A stretch of DNA of 64,000 nt from Octopus vulgaris (lineage: Eukaryota), in assembly GCA_951406725.2 (NCBI GenBank), contig OX597823.1:72478001-72542000 (forward strand), read 5' to 3'. The notes beneath the pieces are model-generated. The model did no database searches. It worked only from the letters and a program-made list of their open reading frames with translations, and was not told the DNA's origin. Positions 28,406 through 42,222 of this stretch are shown piece after piece; the first letter of the stretch is position 1, and each line of letters begins with the position of its first letter. The position numbers and the translations under genes are program-made.

Positions 28406-29787
28406 GTATATAGGCACACACACACCCACACAAATAATAGTATGTGAGCATATAAATGAAAAAAAAAATGAAAGAAAATATATTTGCATGTATGAGAAGT
28501 ATACATGTGTGATTAAACATCAGAAATAAAAATGTCCGGATTATTGCAGTCTTGCATTCACTAGGATTTATTCTTACCTTAATATAAGAAATGTTAAAGG
28601 TGGAAGTAACGAATGCAATCGAAATATCTGGCGGATTTTATTAATAGTAATAATTCGCTGTATATTCCACTGTGAAATGTTCAAGCTCATTTTTAGCGGT
28701 CTGGTGTGCTTCAAATCTTTAATTATTGCAGTGACAAGGTTAAGTTCTTAAGTGTCTTTGTTTATTTTTCTTATTAAGTTAGGAATATTTGTTTTATATG
28801 AAGCACAAATTGAAAGTGTTAATGTTTCTAATATCATTCTTTCTCTGCAATGAAATGTCACTAAGATGTACAACGACAGTATAAAATGCAGAGATATTTA
28901 AAGTCTTAAATATTAGATACAGAGTAAGAAAAAGAAAACAATCATGTATATATGTATAATTATTCATGCATGTAAGCATCTGTGTATGAGCTTATATACG
29001 AGTCGGTAAATTTGTGTGAGGGCGTGTTTGTATGTGCGAATGTATGTACTTATTAATTTACATAAGCAATAGAGTAAGAAGTATCAGAGATCTTTAGAAC
29101 ATTTCATATATGAGGATTTTATACTCACTAGCAGATAGAACAAAAATCTGTTGTATACTGTAAAACTTGTGAAATGATGTGCCACTCTAGGTAAATGTAT
29201 GAAAATTGGTTTGCTTGTGGTTGCCAGAATTATTTTTCAAGAAGTATGTTTTCTGCCGAGGGACGTTATGACATTATATATATATATATATAAATACATA
29301 TATACACGTATATATATTTTTAGATATATATATATAAGTATATATATGTATAAATATATAATCTGTTTTTATATACTGTCACTGAGAAAAGCCATCTTTA
29401 ATCTGTAGTATTCATTTCATCTGCTGATAGGATCTCGATGATTCATCTGGTCACATATTGCAGAGATATGAATCCCAGAAGTCTTATCTTCCGAATTATA
29501 AGTTTTCGCTTCGTCTGATATAGTTTTCAGAGCTAACTCATCACTATTATTTATTTATATTATGGCTTTTCTTATTTTAATAAAAATGCGAGTGGAGATA
29601 ATCAAGCAGTAATCGTCGAGCGAGGCTAGAGTGCATAGAAGATGAATGTAATACCAGTAGTATGTCTGGATGTAGGGCAGTGTTCTGCAGATACTGTTGG
29701 CCACTAAATTATCACGGAACACAAACATACGTACTAAAATGCACATGCAAGCATAAATATTTAAGTGCTGAGCGGATAATTATAAGT

Positions 29788-29842
<55 letters not shown>

Positions 29843-29857
29843 TATATATATATGTAT

Positions 29858-29890
<33 letters not shown>

Positions 29891-30479
29891 GTATTATATA
29901 TATATATATACATATATATATATGCGTGTGTATGTATGTATATATATGTGTGTTTGTGTGTGTATGTGTGTATAAATCTATGTATATATGTGTATGTATA
30001 TATTTGTATATATACATACACATATATATGCACACACATGCATACATAATATCTACGTATATATATACATACATATACATATATATACATATATATTTAT
30101 GCATGCATATATACGTACATATATGTGTGTATATATATATACACACATATACATATATACATATATGTATATATATATATATATATATACATACATATAT
30201 ATATAAATATATATATATATATAATTTCGATTAACCGTCAACTAACAACATTTAACAAATCTTTCGGATTTAGCAGATATTCTATAAAAAAAAATATATA
30301 TAAACACCAATTATAAACCAACAGATATTTCACTGGTATTAGTGACAGATGATGTGGGCTGGTCAAGTGCCATGCAAACAAAGGTGATACAGCAAGTGAC
30401 AATACATATCAATCCACCTGCACGCTTTGATAGTGCTTCGATTGATTGATTGATTATTTGTATATAAATGATCTGTTTT

Positions 30480-30740
30480 TCTGTGTTTGTTGTATGTTTG
30501 GTGGAGCTCAGGTTTAATCATCTTCGACTCTTTAGTGATGATACCACAGGTGTCGTCCTTGTAATCTATACGTCTTGTTGTAGAGGTCTTCATCATTGGA
30601 CAGGTGATGTTGATGGGCAGTCATCGGTGGTGGACTACGCGGTCCCCATCTCTCACTGTCTGGGCGTCACAGTTCTGAAAAAGATTCCATCACATTCGGA
30701 CATTACCATGTATCCCAAGGAGAGGTTGCGTCTTGATATG
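30480..30740 (-). mobile_element. Possible degraded RTE LINE fragment
   Basis: Minus-strand HLSNDEDLYNKT..RHLWYHH resembles the RTE 'SNEELY..RRLRWxGH' motif. Confidence 0.35.
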
Positions 30741-31061
30741 GCGAAAACATACTTTTTATAGATTTGTTTTTAATTTTAAATCTGGTAACTACAAGCAAAT
30801 CAACAAAACATTATTTTTGACTATAGAGAAAGAATGTTAAGATACTTTAGAGGATAGAATGAATATAATTAGATGATTCTTTGCGAATAATAGTAATTTC
30901 TGTGTAAATTGTGATTTAGAGTGATACGTTAGATCTAATAGAGGAATATTAAAGAAAATGAAATGGAGAGGACTGTGAGCAACAAAAACAAGAAAAATAG
31001 AGAAAAATGCTCTATCTGGTAATTTAAAATATAGACATGCAGATTTACTTACGTAGACAAT

Positions 31062-31098
<37 letters not shown>

Positions 31099-31182
31099 AT
31101 GTATGTACATAATATATGTATATATGTATTTGTATATATATATGTATACATATATACATACCTACACACACACACACACATA

Positions 31183-31249
<67 letters not shown>

Positions 31250-32759
31250 CATATATATATATACATACATATATATATGTAGCAATGAAATGCAAAAATG
31301 AGAAAGTTTCACACATTAGACATTTTATTTTATATTTATGTATTTAATGCCTCTTTTTCAATTTGTCATATTTCTGAATTGTAATCGAAGTGGGAATCAA
31401 ATGAATGTGAATTATGCCATTTAACTATGCAAGACATGAAATAATTAAAGAAAAACAGATAAATAATTAACGTTCCATATAATATAACCATGATGTCAGG
31501 TTTAAAGATTAAAAATGTATTACGAAACGGCCTTTATCTCACAGATCATTAACGGAAAACATAGATATGACAAAATGAAATTTGGCTATGAAAACAATAA
31601 AAAATTGAAACAACAATAATGAAAATAATTATAATAAACATAATATATAAGTATAATTAATTGCTAATATATTTTAAGTGTTAATGTATAACTATTTGTG
31701 CATATCTATAGGTTTGTTGAATAAAGAACATTACGCTTACATGTGCAGAAATATTTATGCGAAATAAATTATGGTGAAAATGCAAAATGCTAAAATGTGG
31801 AATGAATATTGCAGACACGAGACATGAAGCATTGGAGAATGTAGCTTATGTAATTCTAAAAAATGTACTATTTATGAATCCAGCAAATTTGATGTATGCA
31901 GAATTAAACTATTTAAAAAATAAACGTATATTTACAGATTTCATAAAAACACAGTAATACATACGAAACACATACTCTTTTGATTTTTACTCATATAACA
32001 GTTTTATACGTTTGAGAAAACTAAAAGAGAAGTTTGTTTATTTAAAGATGTTATGAATTATTGCCTAAATATAATTTAAAGCAAAGTTGTAAGGTGATGT
32101 GAAATACGAAATATATAATAATGAAATATTATACTAGCACGAAACATTGTTAAATATGCAGTAACAACTGTAATATATTTTGTACATAATATTTGATCAT
32201 ATATGTGTGTGTGTGCGTGTGTGTGTGTGTGAGAGAGGGTGCAGTGTGTCATGTAGATAATTGTTATAGCTACATTCGGTATCTCCTGTTTAAAGTGCAC
32301 ATGTATAGAAATTCACATAACTCTCTTCCACACACACAACTCACACCCCATAGACACATAATCTCTACTCCTTCTTTTCAGCATTCTTCACATTTAGTTT
32401 CAAACATCATATATCGATGACACTACTAAAGAACGAATACACACGCGCACGCATACACAACGTTAGACACATGTCTTATATAACATTATTGTATGATTAA
32501 ATATGATGTTACATAGAGCGTATTTAATACATATATAAAGTTATTATAAAAATATTATAAAAACGACACATAATGTTAATCTAATGACACTTTAAAGTGG
32601 TTAAATAATAGTTAAGAAATGTTAGGAGATAGGAGAATATATTTAATAAATGTCTTCGAATATTATCCAAAATATTTGTACTGTTCTTTGCTTAGCACAC
32701 CCACAAGCAAGGCATACCCACGCATATACATACATACATACAGACACACATATATACAT

Positions 32760-32826
<67 letters not shown>

Positions 32827-32860
32827 CTGAATTTAAAGCAGCAGAAAAATTCAACAAAAC

Positions 32861-32898
32861 CTGTTACTCTGAGTTTCCCGTTCCCGTTCATCGGACAG
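32861..32898 (-). ncRNA. Variant minimal hammerhead ribozyme (left arm)
   Basis: CTGT-CCGATGA-A-CG GGAA CG-G-GAAA-CTC a GAG-TA-ACAG. Stem I, a GNRA-capped short stem II, a palindromic stem III and a GUA cleavage triplet are present; the core has U4C. Confidence 0.6.
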
Positions 32899-32934
32899 TT
32901 TTTGCTAGGATAGGGTGAACTATTCTAGCAAAAA

Positions 32935-32972
32935 CTGCCCGATAAACGGCAACGGGAAACTCAGAGTAACAG
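32935..32972 (+). ncRNA. Variant minimal hammerhead ribozyme (right arm, more decayed)
   Basis: CTGC-CCGATAA-A-CG GCAA CG-G-GAAA-CTC a GAG-TA-ACAG; G8A plus one stem I mismatch. Confidence 0.5.
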
Positions 32973-33075
32973 GTTTTGTTGAATTTTCTGCTGCTTTAAA
33001 TAAAGCATATTACTCTACCACTGGTATTTGAGTACTCTTTTTTCCACCTTGTTTCACATTTATGTGTTTACTCCG

Positions 33076-33128
<53 letters not shown>

Positions 33129-33254
33129 TGTGTGTGTGTACGTGTGCGTCTGCATGTATGTGTATGTGTGTATGTGTATGTGTACATATATATATGTGTG
33201 TGTGTGTATATATACCTGTATCGATATGCATATCTATCAATATGTATATTAACC

Positions 33255-33335
33255 TTCTGGGGTGCAGACCACATCCATATCATCTGGAATATGTAGTGTG
33301 GGGAAGAGTTAAACGAAAAGTAACAAAGGCTTCTA
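33255..33335 (+). mobile_element. Small Tc1/mariner-superfamily transposase remnant
   Basis: CRPHPYHLEYVVWGRVKRKV resembles SPDLNPLDYxVWGxVxxKV. Confidence 0.35.
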
Positions 33336-35522
33336 GTTAGAAATATTTAGCCCTCAATTGATGAGTTGATGTGACTGGCTTTCTTCACAACGTTCAATAA
33401 ATTTTCATCACACTTTCCTCGTTGTAGGCAACCAGAATATTGCCGTTAGTTTGTTTGCATTCATTAGTTGGTAACATTTCACTGTCAACAATTACTACGG
33501 TTTCGTGGATTTGCATAAAAATCGAGCATGAGCTCACAGATATACTATACAGAATAGGCAGTCATTTCACTATATATGGCATGGATTACGTACACTGCAG
33601 TTGTGCGTGGTTATGTTAGACCTATAGTTGTGTGCCCGGGCAATTAACAGCGATGCATTAAATTTTATCAAAAGAGCTTATATCTACTAACAACAACAAG
33701 GTATGTCGCTTTCGAATTAAGAAATACTTCATGCTACTGGATAATTTGCTCTTTCATGCGGTGGCATATTTGGCAATTACGAAGTCTAGGTAAATAAGGA
33801 GTGGCCCTGTCAAGATGCTTCATATGGTGTTGGGAAAGTGGTTTTCATGACCTGGAGCCTTCGTATAACGTGGGATGTAAGATGAAGTATTCCTCGTTCC
33901 CATACCTGCGGTGTTACATGTGTTATTGAAATATCCTCTGAAACTATTTACTTTTATTCCCATGTATTATTAGTATTTTGTATTGCCATCGTGTGATGTA
34001 AAAGTGGTTCTACAGAGCAGATTGTTAGCGGGGTAGCATCCTACTTGTGGACAGTTCATAAGATTTAGGCAGTTCCAAACTGCAGTGTGGTGTGAAATTT
34101 AGCAGCAGTTAGTTCACCCTGTCTTAGTGTGCAATGTTGGATGTAATGTTATCGAATCATAAGTAGCTAACCTTGACCTTAAGAGAATGAAAATGCTTAT
34201 GGAATTATGAAATGTTGTCTATTTGGCGTCAAAAGGAAAAAACTCCTGGTTGAAAATGTGTAGTAGATAAACTGAAAGTTTAAGCTAGATTAAATTTCTC
34301 TTTATCACTCTCTTCTGCCTTGAGGAAGTGGATGGCAGAGTCTTCTATGTTAGTAACTATTCAGTAAACCAGTCTTCACTGATGATTTATTGAAATGAAA
34401 TGCATCCTGTACAAGATTCCTCGGTCCGCCTGTAGATTGGAACTCCTTCAGTTGATAATTGTAAGTAGGTTTGCAATTACAACGGGGGGACATTTGGAGT
34501 TTCATATAGCGAGGAGAATACTTGCATGCCTCGAGCTTTAAAGTTACGCACAGGAATTTGCTAGCCGAATTCTTTGAAGATGCAGAGAATTTTCCTGAAC
34601 TTATCCCTGGCGTGACCATTTATATAGCTTGAAATCTATACAGATCCAAATGAAAGGATGTGTGAACTTTTTTGTGGCTAACCAACAGAAATAACCCGAT
34701 GAGGCTAGTGCAACCGGTCTCTTCATAACTTGCCATGGTTACTTTGATCAATGTTTACTTTTTAATCCGGTAGGAGGAATCATAGTAAACTCTTAGCTTT
34801 CAAAACGATTCTAATATCGAAATAACTACTTCTGAAAAATTGTCTCCCGAAGTGTGGATGTTATTTCGATATCGAAGTGTAGTAATCTAGGATAAAACCC
34901 TGGGCGTAATAAAATAACGTTATATTCTCAATGACGAGAAACCAGCTGATATGAGTAGTACTAAAATATTATTGGATCAAATTTATAGCTCTTCTAATAT
35001 CAGCGTTAATGCAAACAAATTTAGCGTGTGCTCCTTAACCATGATGCTGCGAGTGCATGTGTCTAAACGGTCCACATGATCTTCTATATTTAGGAGTGTG
35101 GCTAGTAACCATGCTTCAGATTTCATTTTATTGTATGTTCAGACGTTATGATTTGGTGATGGTGTTATTAAGATGAACTTCGTGTACGCAGACATTAGAT
35201 TCTTAGTTTTTCTTTTGTACGTGAAGTTTTTGAAGAGGTAAGAATAATGCCGAAATATGACGCTTTTGTAGACGGTTTTTCAAATCAAATTCGGAATTTT
35301 GATGTCTTTCTAAGAATGGCATAATCGTCTTTTGAAACCTGCGGATATACTGGTACTAGTATTTATGCAGCAGATGATTTCAACGTCTTTTGCCAATAAA
35401 TAGTAATGCGAGAGTATGTCAGTATAACACAATATCCTAAAATCTCCAAATAAATGTTATGCGAGCTACATTTTGTATATAATATAATATTTCTGCATAT
35501 ATATACGCACGCACACATATTC

Positions 35523-35589
<67 letters not shown>

Positions 35590-35885
35590 TGCACACAGAT
35601 ATGTGTGTTTTGTGTGTGTGTGTGTGTATTATGTTATTGTAACTTGTGAAGTTCGTTCAGCCAAAATCGAACATATCACTGATTCTACTGTATTACCATT
35701 TACTACGGACTCACTAATCACTGGATTGCTTGATTAATTTTACATTCAATCGATCAAATAGCTGGTTTGCCACCGTACCTCTGTCACCATTCCGAATTTT
35801 ATCAATGACTTGCCCTTATTTAATTTAATTTAAAGGAATCGAGGCAGATTTGTCCCTGTATGTATATATATGTGTGTGTTTATAC

Positions 35886-35916
<31 letters not shown>

Positions 35917-35935
35917 TGTATAAATATGCGTATTT

Positions 35936-35967
<32 letters not shown>

Positions 35968-36366
35968 TTACATAGACATATATGTGTGTATGTATAAATA
36001 CATATATGTATATGTATGTATGTATGTATGTATGTATATAAGTAGGTTGATATTTACGTATAGATATATAATGTTGATGGTAGTCTCTCGTAGACTGAGG
36101 AAGACTGTTCTGGAATTTCTGATTGAACAACCTAAACAAATCAGTTGCTTGTAGTAGTCAAACGTATGTGGTGTACAAAAACAAACACCCCTCCATGAAA
36201 TTGATTTTGCTTGAATAGGTGCACGGTATCCACGCGCCAAGTGTCGCATAGCAATGCGGCGTGCAATTGAAATGATTAAATGACCGTGAATGCAACAAAC
36301 TAAACATTGACCGCTCTCTCGCATACATGCATACATATACTTATACACACACACACACACACACAC

Positions 36367-36411
<45 letters not shown>

Positions 36412-36900
36412 CTACATACGTACATATATACAGATGTACGATAGATAAATTGTTAGATAGATAAACATTGATAAATAGATAGACAGAGAAACACAGGCAA
36501 CAAATCAAACAATCTGTTGCTGACAAAAATCAAATACATACTAGTAGATACGCTCACAGATATGGACAGATATATGAGTGCTCCTAGATTTACAACATTT
36601 CAAATTCTGTCAACATAATATGTTGACAGAATATACTAGATGTCAAGTGAGTAAATGTTTCAGTGTCAGAATTTAGAAAATTTTGAAATAAACGCGGATA
36701 AATTGAGAAAGCCAGTTGACCCTAGATTTAGCGCTGAAAGTGCTGGCATCATCAAGACACAGCTACATTAATCAATGCGCAGATATATACAGACGTATAT
36801 ATGCATGCATAACTAAATGCATACACTAACACAGATGCACATCATGCACACTTGCATACAATAATACATACATATATACATATACATATAAATATATGAT

Positions 36901-36938
<38 letters not shown>

Positions 36939-38053
36939 AACACATTTACACATATGAATTCAAAGGCATATATAATCCTGGTGGTTACCGTGTTTCATCT
37001 TAAATCGCTTTTATACGACTAACCACAGCGCGTGTATACACGCACACACACTCTCTCTCTTCCTCTATTTCTCTGAAACACACACACACACACTCATATG
37101 TATGAGTAGAAAAATAAATGAAATGAGAAATAAGGAAAGCTTTTACCACTGCAGAAAGATTAAAAACACCTTTATATTTCAGGCGCAAAGACCTATCTTC
37201 AGAAGAATAAAGTGAAAGAAATGTGTATTTACATAGATACCGATTTATTTGACTGTATTCTTTTGAAGACATAAAGGTTTATTCAAAAAACTTTTTATAA
37301 AATTAGAAGCCCTACTTATTTCTTATTTCACCCTTCTTTTATATTTCTGTACTCAAATGCTTCAAGCAAATACCTTGCTCTTCTTCCAATGGCAATTCAT
37401 CAATATCACTTACTCCTGAGTGGGATTTAGGGCGGAGTTGTCTGCCGGCGAACAAGCAAAACAAATACATTGAGCATGTGGGTTCGATACAAAACACTAT
37501 CACTGCTCCTAATTCATTTTCGTATATATTCTTATGTTTGCAGTGTCGTGACATACGAGCAAATGGGTTTTACCCTATTTATATATAATCATGGACTGGT
37601 GATCATGTTCGTCTCCGATTCGGTTCAGGTACGTGGTATTGATAAGCCACAAAAATAGCGAAACACCTATGTCCATCGCTCCTGATAGCATCTGGGACGA
37701 GGTCTCTCGCCTGTCTGTGACTTCCAGTTGTTTTAACAGACGGCGCTTTAAAACAGTCCCCCACACCATATTCAACTGCAACCCACTGGCAAACAATCTT
37801 AGTGCATGGATTGAGTATGCGTGGTCGTTATTGAGTTTATGCTGGTATTAACACGAAGTAATCAGAATTTAGGACATGTTATGCAGGAATTAATGCAAAT
37901 ACTGAAGCATTATCGTTACACAATAATACAAAAAATAGATAGCTAATAATTTAAATTCTAAAAGGTATATAATCACACGTTGAATTTCACCGACGTTATC
38001 CTAAGAATGCACATTTACCGGTCAGTCAACTGTTAGAACTGGGCAAAAAAAGC

Positions 38054-38219
38054 AGGCAGTCAGAATTTTGTATAATTCTGTATTAGTGCCTTCGTTCATT
38101 TAACTCTTCAAGACAAATATTAAAACCAAAGCATCCTTTTGGTTTTACATTCTGTTTTGAAGAATTCGGTTGAATGAACTAAAGTGTAAATAAAGAATTT
38201 TCCAAAATTCTGACTGCCT
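38054..38219. mobile_element. Palindromic MITE / long imperfect hairpin
   Basis: Perfect 17-bp terminal IR aggcagtcagaattttg / caaaattctgactgcct. Inner pairings gttcattta..tcttcaagaca / tgttttgaaga..ttgaatgaac and aaaaccaaa / tttggtttt centred near 38133. Confidence 0.8.
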
Positions 38220-38256
38220 CTTTTCCTCAATGTACGAAATACTTATATATACTATA

Positions 38257-38365
<109 letters not shown>

Positions 38366-38418
38366 TGCATGTATGTATGTATTATATGTGTATGCATGTT
38401 TGTATACATAGATATATG

Positions 38419-38462
<44 letters not shown>

Positions 38463-39609
38463 CACATACACACACTCACGGACACACAAACACACACATA
38501 TATGTACATATATATCTCTCTAAGTATGTATTTGATAACTTTCCTCAGAAAAGATCTCGGTAAAGGGCTGCAAAGATGTATGTTCTGCTGCCACAAATCT
38601 CGGGGTTCAAAATCATTTAGAACGGAAATAGTCGCAAGCGAATAAATGCGTTGTAATACATAGTTGTAATCGGCATTTAGTTACATACATGTATTCATAT
38701 TGGGCTTTGAATTGGACTTGATTTTGCTGAATGAATCCAAAGCTGAGGGCCTGAAATAGGTCAACCTATCTTACCGCACCGCTTAATCGTTCCGAGCATT
38801 GACAGTAACACGAGCGTTTTATAACTCGTCCCGCAATAGCTAGGCACAATTGCGAAATGGACACATACATACATACAAGCATACATACATACATACATAC
38901 ATACATACATACATACATACATACATACATACATACATCGCATGGGCTTTTGAAATATAGCGTAAAACCAATGTCACAGAGGTTGACAAAAAAGACAAAC
39001 AGAAAAACAAGAAAATAATTAAGCATGGAAAGTAATTACATATATATATGTGTGTGTGTATGAATAAATTTGCTTGGAAATGGATGCGTGGCGTTCAATT
39101 AATTAATAATATAAATAATATAGTGCTCCGACCTCACCGTACCCTTGTTCTGCGTCATATTTATTCACGTCCTAAATAGTTATTGCAACAGAATATTGTA
39201 ATATATGTTTGAGAATGACAGTTCCTGATACCTGGGTAATGGTAGATCAACAAAAAAGCAGAATTGGCTTCGATAGAATGGAAACTAAAACTGTTCAATC
39301 AACTACAGGAATTCAGTCTTATAGCTATACTGAAATCTTTGCCTATTTAATTCTTGTAGTCAATAATCACTGAATAAACCGAAAGAAACCAAATACAGTA
39401 ATCCTACTAATTCATTGGTTTCAGATTTGCTTTCGACATGATCAAGATCAGTATTTTTCGGCGAAGATAAAAATATGTGTTGGCTTCAATATGATGTAAA
39501 AGAAGTTAGAAAATACTACATTCGTATACAAACACACAACCACACACGCACATGTATACATACATACATACACACTCAGGCACGCACATATATCTATATG
39601 TACGGACGA

Positions 39610-39658
<49 letters not shown>

Positions 39659-39721
39659 TATAAATAAATAATATAAATAAACACACACATATGTATATAT
39701 ATATATATATATATGCATGTC

Positions 39722-39765
<44 letters not shown>

Positions 39766-39851
39766 CATACATACATACATAATGCGCGTGTCTCTGTGTG
39801 TAATTGCATATGTGCGTGTGTAATATATATGTGTATATCTATATAAGTGAA

Positions 39852-40050
39852 GGGGCATAGCTTAGTGATTCATTCGTAAGGCCGTAAGTTCGATTCTATA
39901 CGGCGCAATGTGCCCGTGAGCAAGACACATTCTTTCATGTTGCTACGGTCTCAGTTCTGGTAAAACGAGACGTGTCTGTATTTGAAAGTTTATTTCATGA
40001 GCAGGTTATTCCGTTCATCGTGTCAGCCAGAACCCTTGTCGTCCTCACCG
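39852..40050 (+). mobile_element. Degraded tRNA-derived SINE
   Basis: gggcatagcttagtg..gttcgattc (box A/B-like), then the gtgcccgtgagcaagacac..tgttgct central core. Confidence 0.55.
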
Positions 40051-40053
40051 ACA

Positions 40054-40116
<63 letters not shown>

Positions 40117-40444
40117 AGTATGTATGTATGTATACGTATATATCTGTGTATGAGAGTGCGTGATTCTGTTTGTGGATGAGCTTACATGTATCGGGTATTG
40201 ATGCGTGTGAATGTATATCTAGAGTTGGTCGATTGATCTATCGAACTAACAAAAGCATCTTACCGTTGTTATTTGAAGCCCTGGCATCATCTCTCGATTG
40301 CAAACACTGAAGAATGTCACCGATGTTCGGACAGAGGTCTTTTAACAGACAGCGCACGGCATCTGTTCGACGCTCTAAAAATTCGTTACTAATCTAACGC
40401 TCTGGATTAGTATATCTTTATACCGACAGAGAGAGGATGGAGAG

Positions 40445-40504
<60 letters not shown>

Positions 40505-40700
40505 CATAGTTAATCCAAACAGGAACAAAGAGAAAACACAACAACGTGAGGACGTGGAACAAGTATAGTGTTATTGTACGCTCAGGAAAGGTAAGAGAGA
40601 AGAAGGATTTAACGTTTCTAGCGGAGCTCTTCGTTAGAAATATAGAAAAAAGGAAAAGTCCAAGGAAGGGAAGACGGAGAAAGAAAATCGCCAACGATAC
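40505..40700 (-). mobile_element. Short HHR-bearing repeat, family B copy 2
   Basis: Homologous to 8565-8760; lies between (TA)n and (CA)n. Confidence 0.78.
40607..40641 (-). ncRNA. Degenerate minimal type-I hammerhead ribozyme
   Basis: Minus strand: ATTT-CTAACGA-A-GAGC tcc GCTA-GAAA-CG-TT-AAAT. G5A in the core and one stem II mismatch. Confidence 0.7.
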
Positions 40701-40744
40701 ATACGCGATCACACACTCACACACACAGACACACACACACACAG

Positions 40745-40777
<33 letters not shown>

Positions 40778-40921
40778 CACAGACACACACACACACATAC
40801 ACATACATATATATATATGTAATTTCTTTTAAATTTAAGAATAACACCTAGGATTGATTTACAGCGCGTCTGTATATTGAGAATAGGGTCATATACATCG
40901 AGAGATCACATAAATGGATTG

Positions 40922-40980
<59 letters not shown>

Positions 40981-40985
<5 letters not shown>

Positions 40986-42222
40986 GTTGGACAAAATAAT
41001 AGAAACACCTAGCATCATACCAATTTATAATTCTGAAATATCTATAAAACCGTGAAAAGCTTGTTTATTGCTATGTTTTTATATTTATTATTAGTGTTGC
41101 TTAATATGCCTAGCTAAAATTACTGTTTCTTTTCAGATATCATCAGAAAAATGTATTTAAAATTCATTAACATGACAGATCTATTGGGTTTTCAAAGAAT
41201 TCAAATTGTTGCTGTACGTATGGTAGTCGCTAGCGTAACGAAAATAGCCGAAATGTTTGGTGTATCAAGAATTACTGTCTGGAAAGTAATGACAGCCTTT
41301 GAGAAGGAGGGCAAAAACTCCTCGTCAAAACAAAAGTCCGGAAGAAATCCAAAACATTCAGATAGAGACCGTCGGACTCTTGCGTGAATAATTAGAGAGC
41401 TTCAAAAAAGTACAGCTCCCAAAATTACTGCAGAGCTCAATGACCAGCTCGAGAACCCAGTTTCCACCAAATCTGTTCTCCGGGAGCTGTACAAAGCTGG
41501 ATTTCATAAGTGCGCTGCGATCAGAAAGCCACTAATTTCAAAAACAAACGTTGCAAAGCATTGAGAGACATCATTGGTCACTAGAACAGTGGAAGAATGT
41601 TATTTTCTTGGGCGAGTCATCGTTTACCTTATTTCCGACCACCGACCGAATACACGTGCGGAGACAGCCAAAGAAGCATTTGAGCCAGACTGCCTTCTTC
41701 CAACTGTTAAAAATGGAGGAGGATCTGTGATGATCGGCGATGGGGTTAATTCTTGGAAATCATCCGGCCCAATGGTTTCCCTTCATGGCATAGTTAAGAG
41801 TCACGACTATTTAAGTATTTTATCTGATCAAATTCATTCTATGTTTGCGGAACTCTTTCCGGAAGGAAACGCAATCTTTCAGGATGATAACGTACTAATT
41901 CACAAAGCTAAAGTTGTTACTGAATGGCACGAGCAACATTCTAGGGAAGTTGAATATCTTACCAGGCCACCACAGTCTCCAGAGTTCAATATTATTGAAC
42001 ATTTATGTAAGGAGTCGATATCCTCCTCCATCATCACTTCAAGAACTGCAGTGTTTTAGCTAAAGAATGGACAAAAATTCCTTAGGAAAAAAATTCAAAC
42101 TTTATACGAGTCCATACCTCGTAGAATTCATACTTTAATTACTGCCAAAGGCGGTCCTATCCCGTTTTAAAATAATTTTGTTTGAAAGTTTAAGGTGTTA
42201 CCATTATTTTGTCCAACCCCTG
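40981..42222 (+). mobile_element. Full-length Tc1-family DNA transposon with pseudogenised DD34E transposase
   Basis: TIRs tagtggttggacaaaataatagaaacacct / aggtgttaccattattttgtccaacccctg, flanked by TA. Transposase ~41172-42169: MTDL..IAEMFGVSR.TV..SGR (HTH), NVIFLGESSF, TVKNGGGSVM, IFQDDN..H..PPQSPEFNIIEHL. Contains stops and frameshifts. Confidence 0.95.

Larger units (their letters stand above)
32831..33076 (+). mobile_element. Inverted pLTR-like element (fold-back plus 3' tail) inserted in (TA)n, family C
   Basis: Arms 32831-32913 and 32920-33001 are reverse complements with about 5 differences and a 6-nt loop (ggtgaa). The right arm continues through AATAAA to 33076. (TA)n lies on both sides. 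Confidence 0.85.
20160..33130. repeat. Zone of dense (TA)n/(TACA)n/(TG)n/(ATT)n microsatellite blocks
   Basis: Directly visible blocks, e.g. 20161-20492, 22120-22260, 23030-23280, 23760-24110, 29790-30222, 31062-31280. Similar tracts occur throughout the window. Confidence 0.95.

Noticed and set aside
34685-34730. CCGATGAG followed by a small hairpin
   Set aside because: No downstream GAAA or NUH arrangement, so not a hammerhead.
40255-40345. Possible small minus-strand exon (LCPNIGDILQCLQSRDD..|GTAAG)
   Set aside because: Weak acceptor and no recognisable homology; expected by chance.
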